From: an uncultured virus (IMG/VR IMGVR_UViG_3300047160_023228)
Lineage: Duplodnaviria; Heunggongvirae; Uroviricota; Caudoviricetes
Length of the DNA stretch: 64,000 nt
Virus record (IMG/VR): IMGVR_UViG_3300047160_023228
Direction: 5' to 3' (one strand)
Shown: positions 10,687-20,800 of the stretch, piece after piece
How the letters are laid out: each line of letters opens with the position of its first letter
How positions within the stretch are numbered: position 1 is the stretch's first letter
Notes under the pieces: generated by a model
Seen by the model: only the letters and a program-made list of their open reading frames with translations
The model's database searches: none
What the model was told of the DNA's origin: nothing
Program-made: the position numbers and the translations under genes

Positions 10687-11859
10687 ATGATGGCCGATTC
10701 GAAAACACAAACTAGGGCCACGGCTACGGGCGGAAAGCTTTCACACACGCCCGACCATCAGGATTGCCCTGCCTGTAAGGCGGCAGATTTGCTCTTGGTT
10801 CAGATTGATTCTGATTTTTCCCGGCGTCTGTTCAGGGAAGCCGCGGAACTCTGGATGACGATTCGCCGGCGCGATAACAGCTTGAAAGCCCGCACCCACG
10901 AAACCAACACACAGTACATCGAGGCCCTGGGCCGATTCTTTGGTAACATGCGCCTCAATGACATCTCCCCCGGCCACCTCAAGATGTACCAGGACGCGCG
11001 GGCGAACAATCTCCTGATCGTTGCCGAAAAGGAAACCCACCCGTGGAAGCGCGCGGCCGGGCATTCGATCATCAACCACGAAATCTCCACCCTGGCGCAG
11101 ATCCTGAAGCACTGTAAGCTGTGGGATCGGCTTCGCCCGCTCTACTTCCCGCTCACCACCCCGAAGTGGAGTCCGCGCGAAGAAAAGATTTTGAGCGAAG
11201 AGGATGAACAGGATTTGTTTGAGAAAGCGGCCAAACATCCCGAATGCGCGCTTGCCTATTGGGTTGCGTGCATCACCAACAACACTTCCGCGGCGGGGTG
11301 CGAGTTGCGCGGGCTTCGCCTGAAACACATTCATCTTCGGCCCGGCAATGATATCTCCGAAATCTACGTGCCCTCGGACGCGGTGAAGAACGATGCCCGG
11401 CCGCGCAAGATCGCGTTGAACCGCACCGCGAAGTGGGCTGTGGAGCAATGCTATGGGCGCGCCCTCAAGTTGGGATCGTGCCAGCCCGATCATTACCTGT
11501 TCCCGTTGCGCCTCAACCGGGAGAAAACCACGGACGGCGCCAAGCACCGGGACAAGTACGATCCGACGCGGCCGGCTTCGCGGTGGTTCATCCGTAAGAG
11601 TTGGGAGAAGCTTCGCAAGGTGACGGGCTTTACGGAATTAAACCCGCACGATCTGCGCCATCAATGCATCACCCGTCTCTTGGAAAACGGCGTGGAACCG
11701 GAGACGGTTCGCTCCATCGCCGGGCACGTCACCCAACAGATGATGGAGTATTACTCCCACCTTCGCCGGCGGGTGAAGTACGAAGCGGTGATGGCGATTG
11801 AACTGGATGAGCAGCGGCGCCGCAAGCAAGGCCCGCAAGCGGTGCGCCGGTACGCCTAA
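10687..11859 (+). CDS. tyrosine recombinase/integrase homolog with atypical box I
   Basis: HDLRH, SIAGH, MMEYY; box I reads TSAAGCEL (no Arg); next to att. Confidence 0.85.
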   Translation: MMADSKTQTRATATGGKLSHTPDHQDCPACKAADLLLVQIDSDFSRRLFREAAELWMTIRRRDNSLKARTHETNTQYIEALGRFFGNMRLNDISPGHLKMYQDARANNLLIVAEKETHPWKRAAGHSIINHEISTLAQILKHCKLWDRLRPLYFPLTTPKWSPREEKILSEEDEQDLFEKAAKHPECALAYWVACITNNTSAAGCELRGLRLKHIHLRPGNDISEIYVPSDAVKNDARPRKIALNRTAKWAVEQCYGRALKLGSCQPDHYLFPLRLNREKTTDGAKHRDKYDPTRPASRWFIRKSWEKLRKVTGFTELNPHDLRHQCITRLLENGVEPETVRSIAGHVTQQMMEYYSHLRRRVKYEAVMAIELDEQRRRKQGPQAVRRYA

Positions 11860-11867
11860 GACACGAA

Positions 11868-11891
11868 GGCCGGGGATCGATCTCCCCGGCC
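11868..11891. terminator. hairpin between convergent genes
   Basis: ggccgggga-tcgatc-tccccggcc. Confidence 0.55.
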
Positions 11892-11897
11892 CGGAAC

Positions 11898-11914
11898 TTG
11901 TATCGTACGATGCA
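11898..11914. promoter_or_regulatory. palindromic operator-like site, copy 1
   Basis: ttgtatcgtacgatgca, identical at 36679-36695. Confidence 0.6.
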
Positions 11915-11929
11915 CGGACGATAAAGTGC

Positions 11930-12337
11930 TTATACCCCCCCCTGATTCGGCTTGGACGCTTCGCATCCCTTCCACGGGTCCTGATTCTCGAAGTAACACA
12001 GGAACGCGGCGTTGCAAATAATCGCGTCGGTGTTGGCGTCGTCGGTGTTGCCGTTGTCGATGTAATTGAGCAGGTGTTTCATTAGGTGATTGATGGTCGC
12101 CTTGCGGAACTCCGGGCCGCCCACCCGCCAGTTATTCTCCCCGTGGTTGCGTGCGCCCAATGCCAGGCGCCGCGCCAGGGCATCAATTGCTTCCTTGGGG
12201 ATGAGATCGTAACGCTCTTCCAACACCGAGCGCGTTGAGCCGTCTTCGAATACCGCCTTTGCCATTGTTCCCTTTCCTGGTTTTGAAATCGGACGATCCC
12301 CACAGCACGAAGCCGGTGTCTGAATCGTCGTACTCAA
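11930..12337 (-). CDS. dATP/dGTP diphosphohydrolase-like protein (DUF5664 type)
   Basis: RYDLIP..AI..LA..LALGA..HGENNW...H...H...CNA pattern; start uncertain. Confidence 0.75.
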   Translation of the reverse strand: MSTTIQTPASCCGDRPISKPGKGTMAKAVFEDGSTRSVLEERYDLIPKEAIDALARRLALGARNHGENNWRVGGPEFRKATINHLMKHLLNYIDNGNTDDANTDAIICNAAFLCYFENQDPWKGCEASKPNQGGV

Positions 12338-12352
12338 GCGTTGTTTCGTACA

Positions 12353-13486
12353 TTACCGATACCGGCGTTCGTAGAAGCCACGATCAAAGAACGGGAACCA
12401 CTCGGAAGCAAAGCGGGTGATGATGCCCCGCGTGTTTTGCTTGATGCGAATATCCCAGAAGCCCACGTGCGCGGCGATCTTCTTTTTGCGCATGAACAGG
12501 CTTTGATCTTCGGTTGTGCCGGCCTGAAGGCAATGCACTTCGCGCGGATAGCCGTACTCCGCCTTGTGGTAGTGCCCGATGATGAGCACCTGGGGCTTTT
12601 CCCCGCCCTGGTAGCTTTCCACGATCTTCTGGGCCGTGTAAGACGTGGCGTAGGCCGATCCACCGCCGGGATGGAGGACGCGCATCACCGATTCCCCGGC
12701 GCCGCATTTCAGCGCGACATCGGCCTCGCTGTACCCGAGGTACTCAAGATCACGCCGCCCGGCGCGCTCCGCCCGCATCTGAAGGTATTGGCCGGGAATG
12801 ATGCCCTCGCGTTGGGCATACCACCCTTCGTGATCGTCGCCATCGATGAACAGGGTCCGGATTCCCGCGCGGTGGGGGAAGTTATCAATGAAGTAATCGA
12901 ACTGGTTATCCATCCCCGGCGCGGTGACAAGCTCCGTCTTATTGAAGCGGGCTTCGCCGTCCACGTAGTTCCCGGCGTTGAGTGCGGTGGTGATCCCATT
13001 GCGTTCCGCGTAGTCGTACGCCGCATGGAGCACATCGAGGCGGGATTGCCGGTTGCACAGATGGTTGTCAGACGTGATCAGGAAGCGATGCGTCCATTCG
13101 GCGCGGGGATCGCCCTTGATCTCATGCCGGCCAGGCGCCAGGGCCGCGGTGGTAGTCATCTCGAATACCCCGCCGGGATATTCGGTAATCATCACCCCAC
13201 GCTCTTTCATTTCGGCCATCGTGCGCCGAAGAGTTGACACGTTCACGCCTAACTCTTGCGCGAGATCCTTTGCGGCCACCGCATCTCGGCGGAGGCAATC
13301 GCGGATTTTCTTTTCGATCTCTTCCGGGCCAACCACCGCCGGTTCGATCACGCCGCTATGGCGGTACTTGAGAACGGTGGTGTTGTGAAGGCCCAGGCGC
13401 TTGCCAATGGCCCGATCCGAAAGGCCGCGGCCGGAAAGCTCAACGATCTTGCGCTGCTTGCTTACAGGGACAGGCGGTGACGCCAT
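12353..13486 (-). CDS. calcineurin-like metallophosphoesterase with N-terminal HTH domains
   Basis: SDNH, AGNYVDG, GDDHE, H, GHYH motifs; two HTH-like segments; TAATG coupling to upstream gene. Confidence 0.8.
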   Translation of the reverse strand: MASPPVPVSKQRKIVELSGRGLSDRAIGKRLGLHNTTVLKYRHSGVIEPAVVGPEEIEKKIRDCLRRDAVAAKDLAQELGVNVSTLRRTMAEMKERGVMITEYPGGVFEMTTTAALAPGRHEIKGDPRAEWTHRFLITSDNHLCNRQSRLDVLHAAYDYAERNGITTALNAGNYVDGEARFNKTELVTAPGMDNQFDYFIDNFPHRAGIRTLFIDGDDHEGWYAQREGIIPGQYLQMRAERAGRRDLEYLGYSEADVALKCGAGESVMRVLHPGGGSAYATSYTAQKIVESYQGGEKPQVLIIGHYHKAEYGYPREVHCLQAGTTEDQSLFMRKKKIAAHVGFWDIRIKQNTRGIITRFASEWFPFFDRGFYERRYR

Positions 13487-13767
13487 TAGTGCCTCGCTAT
13501 CGCCAACAGGTGATACGCCACTTCGATCAGCCCCACCACCGCGGCCACCAGCCAACCCGCGCCGCCGGCGCGCTGTTTCAAGCTTTCCAACACGCCGATC
13601 CGTTCCTCGTGGCTTGCCACTTGCAGTTCGAGCCGCGGAATACGGCCCTGCGGGTTCTCTGATTTTTCGTCAGGTGTGCCGAACATCTTCGTGAGGATCA
13701 CGCGAAAATCCGCGCGAAGGCCGCGTACTTCGTCGGTGAGTTCATGGAAGTTATCGGTTGGCGCCAC
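13486..13767 (-). CDS. small coiled-coil protein with C-terminal TM (lysis region)
   Basis: GGAG RBS; heptad region, then AGWLVAAVVGLIEVAYHLL. Confidence 0.65.
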   Translation of the reverse strand: MAPTDNFHELTDEVRGLRADFRVILTKMFGTPDEKSENPQGRIPRLELQVASHEERIGVLESLKQRAGGAGWLVAAVVGLIEVAYHLLAIARH

Positions 13768-13857
13768 TGGTCTTACTCCCCTGAAACCACTATGCCGCTA
13801 AGTGGAAAGGCCCCGCGAGTTAGGCGGGGCCAACCATGGTTTGTTTGAATGTGGGCC

Positions 13858-14214
13858 TTAGTTCTGTTGAGCCGCGGGAAGGGTGTTGAGAGCCGCCACA
13901 ACCGCGTTGACCCATGCCTGAACGTTGACGGGAGTGACGGGAATGTTATTCGCCTTGGCGAAGGCGTTGTATTCGCCCTCAATCGCCTGGAGTACAAGCG
14001 CGAGTTTCTGCGATCCGCTTCCGGTCTGATTGCCAGCCGCAATGGCAACGGCCTCGGCCTTGCCGATCTCCGCCACCGTCGCATTGAACAATGGCGCTAC
14101 GCCGGGGAACAGAAGGTTGACGAAGGGTTCGGCCACCTGGGCAACCTTCACGGCATCGGTAAAGAACACCTTGAGGCCATGCCCCACGGCGGAAAGAATG
14201 CTCTTGAAATTCAT
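13858..14214 (-). CDS. holin-associated/LL-H holin-like protein
   Basis: GSGSQKLALVL pattern; position in lysis cassette. Confidence 0.5.
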   Translation of the reverse strand: MNFKSILSAVGHGLKVFFTDAVKVAQVAEPFVNLLFPGVAPLFNATVAEIGKAEAVAIAAGNQTGSGSQKLALVLQAIEGEYNAFAKANNIPVTPVNVQAWVNAVVAALNTLPAAQQN

Positions 14215-14262
14215 GTCTGATCCCTCACGATCATGATTTGGCGGTTGACATTGATGGCCGGC

Positions 14263-14460
14263 TTACTTGCCGGCCGGGTCCTTTGCGATCAGGCCCAGGA
14301 GCACGGTGGCAACCGCGGTGATGAGTTCTACCACCGTTCCCGTTCCCGCATGGCCGAGGGTGATGCCCTGGCCGCTGAGCGCGCCGGCAATCGCCACAAT
14401 GGCGATCAGGATGCCAGCGGCTGAAGTCTTGGGATGATTCCAGATATTCGAGAAACTCAC
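14263..14460 (-). CDS. holin (2 TM)
   Basis: 65 aa, two hydrophobic helices, overlaps endolysin stop. Confidence 0.7.
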   Translation of the reverse strand: MSFSNIWNHPKTSAAGILIAIVAIAGALSGQGITLGHAGTGTVVELITAVATVLLGLIAKDPAGK

Positions 14461-14828
14461 TCAATTACCTCCAGGCGATCATCGCCCTCGGTTGCTTTCA
14501 CCCGCACGTAAGCGCGCGTGGCGTGGTTCTGGATAATGCATCCTTCGCTGGCGGTGTGATTGCCGGCGGAGTTATCGCCGTGCAACATGAACCCATCGCG
14601 GCCGTGCATCTGATTGCCGGGATCGGGAACCAGGTCACACACGCACGGGCCTTTGTGCGCATCGTCGCGCCAGTTGCGGATGGCGTAGAAGCCGCGCGGG
14701 ATCGGCCCGAGGCGGTGCAACTCCTGATCGGTGGGTTGGTTCGCATGGTAGCCGTGCCCCGAGTAACCCACACCCGCAACCTTGCCATCCCGCGATAACT
14801 CACCCGTGCTTTGCCGATAGGTCCACAT
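14457..14828 (-). CDS. Tlde1/DUF2778-type L,D-transpeptidase-fold putative endolysin
   Basis: GYSG, GPIPRG, GRDGFMLHGD, ASEGCI motifs; next to holin. Confidence 0.8.
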   Translation of the reverse strand: MWTYRQSTGELSRDGKVAGVGYSGHGYHANQPTDQELHRLGPIPRGFYAIRNWRDDAHKGPCVCDLVPDPGNQMHGRDGFMLHGDNSAGNHTASEGCIIQNHATRAYVRVKATEGDDRLEVIE

Positions 14829-14837
14829 TGCCGTACC

Positions 14838-15461
14838 TTAGTTGGTGCTTGAGCCGCCGTTGAAGAATGAGAGCGCGGATGCGCTGGCGCCCTGATCGGT
14901 CCACACGGCACAACCATTCGTCACGCCGCATGTTTCGCTCGTGGTCCCGCCTGATCGGTTCCAGGTGGGAGCGGTGCTTGCGTTCACCCATCCCGCGGTG
15001 GTGGCTTTCTGAAAATGGCTGCCGTCATAGATCACGGTGTTCAACGCGATGTATTGATTGGGAAGCCACACGTTCTGTGCGCCGGCCACAACCATATCGG
15101 TGACAGCGAACGCGGTAGACACAGCCGCCGCGGCGATGCCATTGAGAGTGAGCGTCGAAGGCCAGTACGTGTTGTACGTGGCGGTGGAAATCAGGCCGTC
15201 ATACCGGGGTGTGCCGGTGGCATTGCTGTAGCAATGGCTGGCGCCGGGAACGGGCTGCGATCCACCCGTGAACACCGTCTTGTTCACGTACCCGACGACA
15301 CAAAAAGAAACGGTTCCCGAAGAGATCGTGACGTTGGTGGGAATCCAGTAAGTGACGGCAACGCCGGCGGGAGTCGTATAGCTTGGAAGGGAGATTGCCG
15401 TTTGCGCGCTTGCGAATGTGCCCGCAACCAACAGCGCAAAGGAGATCAGAACTCGCCTCAT
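14838..15461 (-). CDS. secreted protein with W..N…TAG…PTWN…W module
   Basis: GAGG RBS; signal peptide MRRVLISFALLVAGTFASA|Q. Confidence 0.75.
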   Translation of the reverse strand: MRRVLISFALLVAGTFASAQTAISLPSYTTPAGVAVTYWIPTNVTISSGTVSFCVVGYVNKTVFTGGSQPVPGASHCYSNATGTPRYDGLISTATYNTYWPSTLTLNGIAAAAVSTAFAVTDMVVAGAQNVWLPNQYIALNTVIYDGSHFQKATTAGWVNASTAPTWNRSGGTTSETCGVTNGCAVWTDQGASASALSFFNGGSSTN

Positions 15462-15607
15462 GTTTCTTCTTACCTCTAAGGCGAGGATGGCCCTGATCGG
15501 GAATTCCGAGCGAAAAATACGGGCCGATGCGCCCAAGGAAGAATGAACACCGGCCCGCCCTCAACCCCAGGATGGAAGCGGATTTCCTGAGAGTTTCTAA
15601 CTTGGGG

Positions 15608-17842
15608 TTACGTTCCGCTACAGGCCGTGGTCTGTGAGACAAGCTGGCCGGAAGAGTTGATGCATAGATAGCGGGTTCCGGTGGTGGACTTCAGAAGCGG
15701 GATATACACGTTGCCATCACTCCCGACACGCAGGGCCTGGGTGTTGTAGTTCGTCGCGCCGCCCTGGTAGACGATGAAGCCGCCCGTGCCCGATGTAGAC
15801 GTGTTGTTGACTGTCACCGCGGCCGTGCCTTCACTATCGATCTCGGTTCCGCTTCCGTTGTAGAGACGCATGTGCGTCACGCCGCTTCCGGATGAATAGC
15901 TCTTGATGTTACACACCGAAGTGCTGGCGCAATCGAACCGCCAGGCCTCGGTACTCCCCGAATAGAAGCGGTGATACCCGTAGTTGGTGAAGTTGCCGGA
16001 ACCGTCAAGCGTGCCCACGGTAGCCGGCGAAGCTCCGCCCGAACTGAAGACCACGCCGCCCGTGCCGGAATTGGTAGAGCAGTTGAAACAGACACTTCCG
16101 GTCCCGGCCCCGTTCACCGCGGTCTGGTTGTTTCCGCCGGCGGTGTTGAGTTGGCCGATCTGCAGCCGGATAGCGTTATTGATCAGGTCCTGGTAGATCC
16201 AGTTGCTTGCGCCGGCCGCGCCGTCCGTGGTTCCCCAAAGCCAGTTATAGACGCTGTTCGACGTTCCCTGATCCACTTGCGTTTCCCACTGAAGGCCTCG
16301 CACCGTGCCGGTTCCCGTGCCCAGGCGAAGATGATTCACCACGGTGGCATCCTGTTGCGATGCGTACCAATCGCCCTTCATCCCGTTTACGGTGCGATGA
16401 AAGGCGTCCTGGAAACTGTTCCGCGAACCGTTGTCGATCAGTTGCCCGGTGAACAGGGTCCCGCCGGTAAACACCGAATTGAAGCTCGCGCCGGAATCAG
16501 CCTGGTATTGGATGGTGGAGTTCTCATTGCGAAGGCCCGTCACCGTGTTATTGACGGCGTTGGCGCCGAGGTGCATCATCGTGGAACAGCTTTCGATATC
16601 TCCACCCACCCAGGTATTACCATCGCCGGCAACGATGTTCACGCCGTAGGTGCCGGCCACCGGGCTTCCGCCGCTCGTGGGGCAAGCGATGTGAAGCCGG
16701 GTGAAGGTGCTTGCGTTGGCGAAATCGCCAACCACCGATCCGGAGAGATGGCCCGTCATGTACACGCCGGTAGCGAAGCCGCCAAGCGTGTCCGAATCGA
16801 ACGAACCGCCGGAATAGTTTCCGGTCCCGTCAAGGTAGATGCCCACCTGGCCCGTGCCCTGATTTCCGTTGCCGTAGACGTTGCGCAGATCGATCTCCTG
16901 GGTGCGATAGAACGCGAACCCTTGTGCCGTGCTTCCCCCGCTTGCGGTGTTGAGGTTGATGTTATCCAGGTGGAAGCCCTTCGTGTCTACGGCGTAGGAA
17001 GTATCGCCAACCTGAAACGCCGCTCCCGATCCGGTGTACACCCACACCGTTCCGCCCTGCGTCCCGCTTGCGGTTGAGCCGCCCTGATACGCACAGCCGT
17101 GAATGCTCACATTGCGCGTGCCGGCGGCAACGATGATCTTCTGCGCCGTGGTAACGGTGGAACAGGGCAGGTATATCACGGTGTTGGCTTTGGAAATCGT
17201 GACGGCGGTGGTCATGGTGATGCTTTGCCCGCCATAGTTCCGGCCTTCGCAGATCCCGCCGTACGTGCTGTTGATGGCTGTAAGACAGGAATTCAGCTTC
17301 GCGCCGAAGTCGGACCCGGAAAGCAAGCTGAAATCCGTGGCGCCGGGAAGGCCGCCCGCCGGTCCCGGAGTCCCTTGCGGGCCGGGAATGCCGGTCTGTT
17401 GCACCACGAACGCGGTAGTGGCCGGCGCGTAGTTATCCAGGTTGCACGTTCCGCTTGCACACCAGGTATTGTTCGCCGCGGGCTGAAGACACGGATACAG
17501 CCCCACGTTCTGTTTCGCCGGCGGTAGCGTCGGGTCCACGAGGCGCGCGTAGAGACACAGGTTTTGCGGGTTGGTGAGATTGGTATCCGGCACGGTTACG
17601 CCGCCCCACAGGGCGCCGCTAGTGACTTGGAAACATACTTCGTGAGTGGTTCCCTGGCCGCCCCCGCCGTACTGAAAATTGATCACCGCGCCGGCGTTGT
17701 TGGCCGGGACCATGCACAGCTTTCCGGTGAAGGTTTTTCCGGAGAGCGTCTTGGTATTCGAAGCGATCAGATTGACGGTCTGCGCGCCGGCCGTGACGGC
17801 GATCAGCGCGCACCCGAAAGCGGTAAGTAACTTGCGTCCCAT
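15608..17842 (-). CDS. tail fibre/spike-like beta-helix protein with signal peptide
   Basis: Follows J; Gly/Thr/Asn-rich beta-helix-like body, collagen-like GIPGPQGTPGP, signal peptide …TAGA|Q. Confidence 0.75.
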   Translation of the reverse strand: MGRKLLTAFGCALIAVTAGAQTVNLIASNTKTLSGKTFTGKLCMVPANNAGAVINFQYGGGGQGTTHEVCFQVTSGALWGGVTVPDTNLTNPQNLCLYARLVDPTLPPAKQNVGLYPCLQPAANNTWCASGTCNLDNYAPATTAFVVQQTGIPGPQGTPGPAGGLPGATDFSLLSGSDFGAKLNSCLTAINSTYGGICEGRNYGGQSITMTTAVTISKANTVIYLPCSTVTTAQKIIVAAGTRNVSIHGCAYQGGSTASGTQGGTVWVYTGSGAAFQVGDTSYAVDTKGFHLDNINLNTASGGSTAQGFAFYRTQEIDLRNVYGNGNQGTGQVGIYLDGTGNYSGGSFDSDTLGGFATGVYMTGHLSGSVVGDFANASTFTRLHIACPTSGGSPVAGTYGVNIVAGDGNTWVGGDIESCSTMMHLGANAVNNTVTGLRNENSTIQYQADSGASFNSVFTGGTLFTGQLIDNGSRNSFQDAFHRTVNGMKGDWYASQQDATVVNHLRLGTGTGTVRGLQWETQVDQGTSNSVYNWLWGTTDGAAGASNWIYQDLINNAIRLQIGQLNTAGGNNQTAVNGAGTGSVCFNCSTNSGTGGVVFSSGGASPATVGTLDGSGNFTNYGYHRFYSGSTEAWRFDCASTSVCNIKSYSSGSGVTHMRLYNGSGTEIDSEGTAAVTVNNTSTSGTGGFIVYQGGATNYNTQALRVGSDGNVYIPLLKSTTGTRYLCINSSGQLVSQTTACSGT

Positions 17843-17875
17843 AGTTCTAACATGGCCTGAGACGCAAGTTACGGG

Positions 17876-20800
17876 CTATTTCAACTGGTTGATTGCTCCA
17901 CCCCGGAAGTATGCGCCCCCGCCGAACACCCAGGAGATTTGCCACACCACACAGCCCGCGGCCATTGCTGAATTGGCGTCCCGCGTATTCGGCACCGTTC
18001 CCGGAAGGCCGCCGGGCGCAGTGGATGGGTTGGGGAACACGCCAAGGTTCGCCGATGCATCGAGGTACGCATAGGCGTAATACGTGGTGTTGGCCGCCGG
18101 CGTCCCGAGGTATTGGAAGATTTGATGCGGGATGGAAATGATCGCACCGCCCGGCCCCACGAGGTTCCCGGTTGGCGATTGCCACCCGATAGGCGGGTTG
18201 GCAACATCGGCGATCACGAGGCCCGGCGGGTCCTGAATCACCGTACTGCTGAGCGTGTAGGCGGGCGGCTGATATTGCCACGTTGCCGGCGTGATGCTTT
18301 CGACGCTTCCGGTTGCAAGCGAACTCACAGCCACGATCATGTACACGCCGCTGCGCACCGTGGTATCGGTCCACGTGGTTCCCGATCCACTCCACAGCAC
18401 TTCCGAAGTGAGCCAGGTGGACGCCTGGGGATTGTCGGTGTAGCGGATTTCGTAGTGATCGGCGCCAGTTGCCGGGTTCCACGTGAACACGGTCAGGGTG
18501 CTGGTCTGGTTGCCCGCGAAGCCGGTCACGTTGGCGGGCGCGTTGGTGGAGGCCTGGACGGTGATCGATCCGGTCAATGGCGTTCCGCGAAGGTTCCCCA
18601 TCCAATCGAAACCCGTCACGCGCACGTTGTAAGTGGTGCCGATGTAGCCCACGAACGTACAGCCCTGGCCTTGAATGTTGCTGATAGTGTTCCAATCCCC
18701 GCCGCTTGCCTGTACTTCCACCTTCGCTCCCACGGCGGTGTTTCCGTTCATCCACCCCACGGCCACAATCGAAGTGTTGGTGCTTCCCGTGAGCGCGCCG
18801 TTCTGATACACCTCGGTCAAGCTGAGATTGGAGATCATCGGCGCCGAATCCGGAATGCCCACGATCTCACCATAGTTCGGCACTACGTCTTCGTAGCAGA
18901 TCAGGTTGTACTCAAGGGCGGAGATATCGAAGTTGAAATCCCCGTTGCGCCGCACACCCACCACCCGGAACAGCTTCGCGGGCTGATATCCGCCGCTCTG
19001 GCCGTAGGCCCAGGCGCTGTCCGGAGTCGGGATGGCTGAGAAGTTCCCGGCAACCGTGATCGTTCCCCCGGTGGCTGTGAGGTTCACCGCGGTCACGTTG
19101 AGGTTATCGATCACGTTGAGATCGTAGAGCGTCACCGCCTGGCCGGCGGCCAACGTGCCCGTACTTCCCGAGATGGTGATAGCCGTCCCGCCGTACCCGG
19201 TGACGATGTATTCCGTCCCATCCGGGCTAACGGCCTTGACGATGCGGCCGGCGGGAACCGCCGCTGTGAGGGTGACGATGTTCCCGGCGGTGGATTGGAT
19301 CGTGCGGGTTCCGCGCTGCACAACCGGGTGCTGCACGGTGACGGTGTACCCCGAGGACGCCGCGAAGGTGATATCCGTGCGATCCACCGCCAATGTGTTG
19401 AGGGTTGATCCAAGCTGAATGCGGCCACCCACGGCCCACTTGGTTACGTCCGATTGCACAGCGATCACCGAACCGCGCTTGCAACACACGGCCTCGATGG
19501 GCGCCGTGATCTGAATCGTGCGCAGGGTAAGCTTCGTGCTGAGCAATTGGTAGTAGGCCCATCGCCAGGCCTGATCCCGGCTTGTGCATCCAAGCAAGCG
19601 CGTGCGCGTCACCTTCGGCGGCAAGCCCGAATTCACATCATCGGTAGTCATCACCGACACGGGGAGGTCCATGCGGTAGTTGCGGGCCGCGTCGGCAAAG
19701 TCGCATTCGATCAGGGTGCAACGATCATCGAGAGCCAGCCACATTTCCTGGAAGCTGTCTTTCTTGGTGTTGCCCACGGTGAACAGTTGCACGGGATCGG
19801 CGGGCGCATCGATCACCACCGTGTAATTCATGCCGATGGGGATGATGTTCGCGCGGCTCATGTTGCCGATGGTCTGCAGGACTTTCCAGGCATCGCCGCT
19901 TTGATCGAACACCCCGGCGAAGATGTGCCGGCGCACCTGGGTCCCGTCCTGATTCATGACTAATTCATCGTTGAAATCGGCCCAAGCCTGGAACGCCGGA
20001 ACATCGATGTTCGCGGCGGAAATGTTCATTCCATAGGTGGGATTGGTGAGCACGTCATAGGCAACGATGGCCGGGTTGTCATGTTCGTACGCGGCGAGCT
20101 GCGGTGGAAGAGAAGTATCCGCGCCGATGTCGTGCTCAACATCGCACATCACCTGGATATTGAGGCCGCTCAATTGCGAAGTGGCGAGGGCCTTCACACC
20201 CACGAGGATCATGTTCGGGTAAGACAGGTTCGACCAGGTAACTTCGTTGACGTTCCACAGCCACCCGTCGCACACGTGCTTTGAGTCGGTGGAGTCGCCC
20301 ATCACGAAATCGGAACCCGTATCGTTCATGTACCCGATCTTCGTTACGCGCGTGTCCCATTGCCCGGCCGCGAGGCCGTAAACGCTCACGGTGTCAAAGA
20401 TGGGCGAGAGCGTGTCGTTCTGCACCACCCGGTAGCCCTGCCACCAATTGAGCACCCGAACCTGATTCATGTTCGGATCGCACGGTTGCCATTCGCCCTG
20501 GAAGGTGTGAGACACGGTGGAGTGCGATCCATCGAGGTTGTACACAGCCACATTCTGATTGATCGTCACCTTATCGCCCGGCGTGTGGCTGGTTCCGCTC
20601 ACGTCTTCGTCATAGACGATGCCCGAACCCGCGAACCGATCGGTAGGCACAACCACCCAATTCGGCCAGGTCTGCGTTCCATCGGTGTGAGTGATGGCGA
20701 TAGTTTCGGTGTTCTGAGGAAAGAGCGGGACCGTCCATGCGCTTGTGCCATGCGGCGCCACTTCTACTTTGTAGATGAACTTCAACGGGACGTAATTGCC

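Noticed and set aside
11930..12337. Z-genome (2-aminoadenine) pathway
   Set aside because: No purZ or phage polymerase seen
15560..15610. Stem aaccccagg/cttggggtt after the fibre gene as a riboswitch
   Set aside because: No recognisable aptamer; may be a simple stability hairpin
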